Positions 27,357 to 32,000 of a stretch of DNA of 32,000 bases are shown here, piece after piece. Each line of letters starts with the position of its first letter. Position 1 is the stretch's first letter. Position numbers and translations under genes: made by a program. This DNA comes from Trichodesmium erythraeum IMS101 (GTDB taxonomy: Bacteria > Cyanobacteriota > Cyanobacteriia > Cyanobacteriales > Microcoleaceae): the NCBI RefSeq assembly GCF_000014265.1, contig NC_008312.1, positions 5,340,001 to 5,372,000 of the forward strand, given 5' to 3'. The notes beneath the pieces were generated by a model, which did no database searches, was not told the origin of the DNA, and saw nothing but the letters and a program-made list of their open reading frames with translations.

Positions 27357-30300
27357 ATGAACAGATGTCTTATGGCTTTTCCTTTCCTTTCCATAGCCTT
27401 TCCTTTCCTTTCCGTCTGCACTTTCCTTGTTTTTTCCCCCTTCGCCCTCGCTCAACTCCTGCCAGATAATACATTGGGAGAAGAAAATTCTGTCGTCACA
27501 CCCAATAATATAAAAGGGAAAGATCGCATCATAATAGATGGCGGGGCCCAAAGAGGGGCCAACTTATTCCACAGTTTTCAAGAATTCAACATTCAACAGG
27601 GACGAGGGGTTTACTTTAGCAACCCTGATGGAGTTCAAAATATCCTGACGAGGGTCACAGGAAACAAGGCTTCTCAGATATTTGGCACCTTGGGTGTAGA
27701 TGGAAAAGCTGATTTATTTTTCATTAACCCCAATGGCATAATTTTTGGGCCAGAGGCTAAACTAGATGTCCAAGGTTCATTCTTTGGAGCTACTGCGGAT
27801 AGTATCTTATTTAACAATGGATTTGAATTTGCTAGTTCAGACCCTCAAGCACCCCCACTACTAACAGTTAATGTTCCCATTGGTTTGAGGTTGCCCGAAA
27901 ACCCTGGTAGTATTTTGGTTGAGGGTCTAGGTCATAACATAAATATGTCAGAGTACCTAGAAACGATATTCGACGGAAAGGAAAAAGGCCCTCGAGACGG
28001 AAAAGAGGACCGGAATCTTGGGTTGGAAGTTTCCCAAGGCCAAACCTTGGGGTTAGTTGGTGGTGATATATTCTTAAGGGGGGGAAACCTCACATCAATT
28101 GGAGGACGTGTTGAATTAGGAAGTGTTCACAATGGGGTAGTAGGAATCAGGAAAGACCAAACCCTTAGCTATGATCCCAACCTGAAATTTGGCCAAATAC
28201 AAATATCTAAAGAGAGCTCTATAGATGTAAGTGGAAATGGAAGAGTTGAATTTCAAATTCAAGGAGAAGAGATAAAAGTGCGAGATGCTTCAATAATTAC
28301 AGGAGAGATTAAAGGCGAAGGCGAAGGCGAAGGCGAAAAAGGGGGAAATTCAATTATTAAAGCGTCTAAGTCTATTAAAATAGAAGCCGGAGAGTATTCG
28401 GAACTAACTTTAAGGTTAACTTCCGATAAACTTCCGAAACAAGATTTTAATTTTAATAAGACTTACAGTGCTATTATTCTAAGCACTTTCGGTAAGAGAG
28501 ATGTCGGGGAGTTGAAGGTGGAAACAGAAAGTTTAACGCTGCAAGATGGAGCCTTTATTTCTACGACTACTTCTGGTCAGGGAAATGCAGGGAATATTAC
28601 AGTCTCTGCTAGAGACATAGAAATGAATGGTGGCGGTGACGGTGCTACTTTGGTTACAATGACATTTGCATTTGCAAAAGGTAACGCAGGGAATTTAACG
28701 CTGAAAGCTGCAGAAAGTTTAACGCTGCACGACGCTATCATTTCTACGGGATCTTTTGGTTCAGCTCAGGGAAATACAGGGAAATTAACAGTCTCCGCTA
28801 ATGCTATAGAAATAAATGCCGTAGCGAGCGAGGGGGCTGGTTTTTTTAGCGAGCGAGGCAGTGGCAAAGGTAAGGGAGGGAATTTAACGGTGAAAGCTGC
28901 AGAAAGTTTAACGCTAGTTGGCAATGGATTTATTTCTACCAGTACTTTTGGTGATGGAGATGCAGGGAATTTAACAGTGTCTGCTAGAGATATAGAAATG
29001 AGTGGGACAAGTCGGATGGCGGCACAAACAGGTACAAGGCAAACAGGTGGCAAAGGTAAGGGAGGGACTTTAATGGTGAAAGCTGCAGAAAGTTTAACGC
29101 TGCAAGATAAAGCCTTTATTTCTACCGATACTAAAGGTGATGGAGATGCAGGGAATTTAACAGTGTCTGCTAGAGATATAGAAATGAACAGTGTCTTTGG
29201 TTTGCTTGCACAGACAGAAAACAAAGGTAATGGAGGGAATTTAACGGTGAAAGCTGCAGAAAGTTTAACGCTAGTTGGCAATGGAGTTATTTCTACCAGT
29301 GCTTTTGGTGATGGAGATGCAGGGAATTTAACAGTGTCTGCTAGAGATATAGAAATGAGTGGGAAAAGTCGGATGGTGGCACAAACAGGTAGAAGGCAAA
29401 CAGGTGGCAAAGGTAAGGGAGGGACTTTAATGGTGAAAGCTGCAGAAAGTTTAACGCTGCAAGATGAAGCCTTTATTTCTACCACTACTTTTGGTGATGG
29501 AGATGCAGGGAATTTAACAGTGTCTGCTAGAGATATAGAAATGAGTAGTATTTTTGGTTCTGGTGTGTTTGCACAGACAGAAAACAAAGGTAATGGAGGG
29601 AATTTAACGGTGGAAGTTGCAGAAAGTTTAACACTGCAAGATGGAGCCATTATTTCTACCAGAAGTCTTGGTGATGGAGATGCAGGAAATATAACTATCT
29701 CTGCTAGAGATATAGAAATAATTGGCACATCTCCTGATGGTAAATACTTCAGTAGCTTAACCGCAGAAGGCAGAGCAAAAGGAGCAGCAGGAAGCATAAC
29801 CATCAACAGCAACAACATCCGCCTCGAAAACCAAGCTAACCTCAAAGCTGAAACCCAAGCAGGGGGTGAAGGCAGCATTATCATCAATAATAACAAAGAC
29901 CTCATCCTGCGCAACAAAAGCAAAATAACCACTAGTGCTAAAGGCAGGGCCACTGGAGGTAATATTACTATTAAGACGGAAAACTTAGTCGCCCCAGATA
30001 ACAGCGACATCTCTGCTGACGCTGAAAAAGCATCTGGAGGCCAAGTCGACATCACCGCAGCAGGTATATTCGGCATAAAATTCCGTCCTGAAAAAACAGA
30101 AAGAAGTGATATCACAGTCACCTCAGAATTTGACAGAGATGGAGAAGTCAATATCAACACCCCCGATGTAGATCCTAGTGACGGACTAGTAGAATTTGAC
30201 GATACCATCCCAGATATCTCCAACCTCCTCGACCAAAACCCTTGCCGAAAAGGACAAAACAGCAAATTCATCATTACAGGAAGAGGTGGCTTACCACCAA

Positions 30301-32000
30301 CTCTCGAAGATCCCTTTACTCCCACCCACATCTGGCAAGGCTCAGAAACCTCAGTTACTCCTCCAAAAGCCATCACTCCATCAGAGCAAGAATTCATTGA
30401 AGCACAAGGTTGGATCTCTAATTCTCAAGGTATTGAACTGATCACCAACCCCGAAACTGCTACTCCCACCTCCCCTTGGTTAATACCTCCCAACTGCAAA
30501 CAATTAGACGCCTTTGAACCCCCACCCTATCTACTCGCTAGCAGTAAGGGAAATATTCCCACCTCAACTTCTGAACCTCTAAAAGTTACTATCAAACAAT
30601 TCAACTTTGAGGGTAACACAAAATTTAGCAACCAAGAGCTACAACAACAACTCACACCTTATCTAAATAAACCCATTACCTTTGCTCAACTCATAGCAGC
30701 ACGCACTGCTATTACAAAATATTATACCAAAAACAACTACATCACATCGGGAGCATTTATTCCTCCCCAAACTATGTCTGACAATGGCACAGTTACCCTC
30801 CGAGTAGTAGAAGGAAAAGTTGGTGAAATCAACGTCAATATCCAAGGTAGATTAAATGAAAATTATATCAAAAGTCGGTTAGAAAAAGCTACCACAGCTC
30901 CTCTGAATCAAGAAAAATTGGTGTCTGCCCTACAACTATTACAAATAGACCCTTTAGTCAAAACTATATCTGCGGAACTTTCATCCGGAGTCCGCCCAGA
31001 TACAAGTAGGTTAGACATAAGAATAGAAACAGCTAACCCCTGGCAAATAGAAACTATCAGTAATAATGGCAGGGCACCAAGTGTGGGAACATTCAGGCGA
31101 GGGGTAGAAGTAGGTCATAGGAATGTTACAGGTATTGGAGACAGTTTAAATGCTCTCTACACGAATACTGATGGCAGCGACATGGTAGAAGTATCTTATG
31201 CTATTCCTGTGAACTCCAGTAATGGTCGTATCGAACTATTTTATCGCCACAGAGATAATAAGGTAGTAGAATCACCTTTTGAAAGACTCGATATTGAGTC
31301 AAATTCAAATACTTACAAGTTATCATTTAGTCAACCAATAATGCAAACACCCTGGCAAACTTTAACTTTGGGTTTATCTGCAATAAAGCGAGATAGTCAA
31401 ACTTCCATATTAGGAGAGAATTATCCATTATCTGAGGGTGCAGATGAAAATGGGGAAACGAAATTATCAATTTTGCAGCTTTTCCAAGATTATGAACTAC
31501 GGGGAAAAAATCAAGTTTTGGCGTTTAATTCTCAGTTGAATGTAGGGTTGGGAATATTGGATGCCACAAAGAATAGTAGTGAACCGGATAGTCGATTTTT
31601 GTATTGGCGGGGTCAGGGACAATGGGTGCGTGAGTTAGCCAAAAATACTTTGTTGGTGGTTGGAGCAGATCTACAGTTATCTCCATTTGATTTGGTGCCT
31701 AAAGAGCAGTTTGGTTTAGGAGGTTATCGAAGCGTGAGAGCCTATCGTCAGGATACTCGTTTAACAGATAATGGAGCGTTGGGAACAGTGGAGTTGCGCT
31801 TGCCGCTGCCCTGGATATCTGGAAAAAATAGATTATTTCAGGTAGTGCCGTTTATTGATGGGGGGGTAGCATGGAATAGTGATGATGAAGAGGTAGAAGG
31901 AAGTAAGGCTTTGGCGGCGGCCGGGGTGGGGTTGCAGGTAAATTTATGGGAGAAGATAAATATGCGCTTAGATTATGGAATTCCTTTAGTGGATGTGGAC
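27357..32000 (+). CDS. Single-ORF fusion of a TpsA-like passenger (signal peptide, TPS/haemagglutination-activity domain, FHA-type beta-helix repeats) to a TpsB-like transporter (two POTRA modules and a ShlB/FhaC-type barrel). The 3' end lies beyond the window.
   Basis: Hand translation from ATG 27357 gives MNRCLMAFPFLSIAFPFLSVCTFLVFSPFALAQ, then GAQRGANLFHSFQEFNIQQGRGVYFSNPDGVQNILTRVTGNKASQIFGTLGVDGKADLFFINPNGIIFGPEAKLDVQGSFF (TPS domain). Seven GNAGNLTV.A..IE-type units follow. Next come ...KFIITGRGGLPPTLEDP (~30275) and EAQGWISNSQGIELI. POTRA follows: LKVTIKQFNFEGNTKFSNQELQQQLTPYLNKPITFAQLIAARTAITKYYTKNNYITSGAFIPPQ...VTLRVVEGKVGEINV (from ~30579). The barrel carries FGLGGYRSVRAYRQD (L6 VRGY-type motif). 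I saw no stop in 1548 codons. The ORF track lists no + ORF ending inside this span in this frame, which agrees. Confidence 0.8.
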   Translation, partial: MNRCLMAFPFLSIAFPFLSVCTFLVFSPFALAQLLPDNTLGEENSVVTPNNIKGKDRIIIDGGAQRGANLFHSFQEFNIQQGRGVYFSNPDGVQNILTRVTGNKASQIFGTLGVDGKADLFFINPNGIIFGPEAKLDVQGSFFGATADSILFNNGFEFASSDPQAPPLLTVNVPIGLRLPENPGSILVEGLGHNINMSEYLETIFDGKEKGPRDGKEDRNLGLEVSQGQTLGLVGGDIFLRGGNLTSIGGRVELGSVHNGVVGIRKDQTLSYDPNLKFGQIQISKESSIDVSGNGRVEFQIQGEEIKVRDASIITGEIKGEGEGEGEKGGNSIIKASKSIKIEAGEYSELTLRLTSDKLPKQDFNFNKTYSAIILSTFGKRDVGELKVETESLTLQDGAFISTTTSGQGNAGNITVSARDIEMNGGGDGATLVTMTFAFAKGNAGNLTLKAAESLTLHDAIISTGSFGSAQGNTGKLTVSANAIEINAVASEGAGFFSERGSGKGKGGNLTVKAAESLTLVGNGFISTSTFGDGDAGNLTVSARDIEMSGTSRMAAQTGTRQTGGKGKGGTLMVKAAESLTLQDKAFISTDTKGDGDAGNLTVSARDIEMNSVFGLLAQTENKGNGGNLTVKAAESLTLVGNGVISTSAFGDGDAGNLTVSARDIEMSGKSRMVAQTGRRQTGGKGKGGTLMVKAAESLTLQDEAFISTTTFGDGDAGNLTVSARDIEMSSIFGSGVFAQTENKGNGGNLTVEVAESLTLQDGAIISTRSLGDGDAGNITISARDIEIIGTSPDGKYFSSLTAEGRAKGAAGSITINSNNIRLENQANLKAETQAGGEGSIIINNNKDLILRNKSKITTSAKGRATGGNITIKTENLVAPDNSDISADAEKASGGQVDITAAGIFGIKFRPEKTERSDITVTSEFDRDGEVNINTPDVDPSDGLVEFDDTIPDISNLLDQNPCRKGQNSKFIITGRGGLPPTLEDPFTPTHIWQGSETSVTPPKAITPSEQEFIEAQGWISNSQGIELITNPETATPTSPWLIPPNCKQLDAFEPPPYLLASSKGNIPTSTSEPLKVTIKQFNFEGNTKFSNQELQQQLTPYLNKPITFAQLIAARTAITKYYTKNNYITSGAFIPPQTMSDNGTVTLRVVEGKVGEINVNIQGRLNENYIKSRLEKATTAPLNQEKLVSALQLLQIDPLVKTISAELSSGVRPDTSRLDIRIETANPWQIETISNNGRAPSVGTFRRGVEVGHRNVTGIGDSLNALYTNTDGSDMVEVSYAIPVNSSNGRIELFYRHRDNKVVESPFERLDIESNSNTYKLSFSQPIMQTPWQTLTLGLSAIKRDSQTSILGENYPLSEGADENGETKLSILQLFQDYELRGKNQVLAFNSQLNVGLGILDATKNSSEPDSRFLYWRGQGQWVRELAKNTLLVVGADLQLSPFDLVPKEQFGLGGYRSVRAYRQDTRLTDNGALGTVELRLPLPWISGKNRLFQVVPFIDGGVAWNSDDEEVEGSKALAAAGVGLQVNLWEKINMRLDYGIPLVDVD
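28869..29588 (+). repeat. Two near-identical in-frame super-repeats (357 and 363 nt), each made of two beta-helix units, inside the TPS-fusion gene
   Basis: GGTAA(G/T)GGAGGGAATTTAACGGTGAAAGCTGCAGAAAGTTTAACGCTAGTTGGCAATGGA starts at 28869 and 29226, and a third diverging copy starts at 29589. By eye the two copies differ by only scattered substitutions. Confidence 0.85.

Noticed and set aside
27273-27551. 92-aa minus-strand ORF overlapping the TPS gene start, and 30196-30441+ / 30663-30845- inside the same gene
   Set aside because: These are alternative-frame or antisense ORFs within a confidently assigned gene. Their sequences are low-complexity.
28766-30397. 543-aa minus-strand ORF
   Set aside because: It is an antisense shadow of the TPS-fusion gene. 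The product is low-complexity (S/L/P/V-rich) and mirrors the sense-strand repeats, while the sense frame has strong family motifs.

Overview
AT-rich cyanobacterial chromosomal segment. Hand counts give about 30% GC in ordinary stretches. There are eight HIP1 octamers (GCGATCGC at 6547, 10063, 15704, 16635, 18552, 20747, 20879, 24367), AGTTATC-type heptamer repeats and kb-scale non-coding spacers. This resembles Trichodesmium-type filamentous cyanobacteria, but that is an unverified inference. Left to right: (1) 1-4512 (-), the 5' 4.5 kb of a giant surface or secreted repeat protein with a DUF4347-like N-terminus and tandem ~145-aa repeats, truncated by the window edge. (2) A 1.46-kb spacer holding three degenerate ~205-nt tandem repeats. 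(3) A VOC/glyoxalase-fold gene and a large-serine-recombinase-like gene whose catalytic motifs look degenerate. (4) An envelope-type cluster: two GT-C (ArnT/PMT_2-like) glycosyltransferases flanking two tandem paralogous small membrane proteins and a TM/coiled-coil protein. (5) A relatively GC-rich, ORF-poor patch in a convergent spacer. (6) Housekeeping genes: GNAT, a zinc-ribbon membrane protein, surE, pheS, a secreted 2xSH3b-like protein and ftsH. (7) A RAYT/IS200-like HUH-Y1 gene, followed immediately by a 1.3-kb GC-rich (about 57-80%) island of same-strand modular repeats that I cannot assign to any known element. This island is the most unusual object in the window. (8) 27357-32000 (+), one uninterrupted reading frame that joins a TpsA-like passenger (signal peptide, TPS domain, FHA-type beta-helix repeats) to a TpsB-like transporter (two POTRA modules plus a ShlB-type barrel), truncated by the right edge. 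The two edge-truncated ORFs are missing from the supplied ORF track, apparently because they have no in-window stop. I read both by hand. No rRNA, tRNA or CRISPR array was found.
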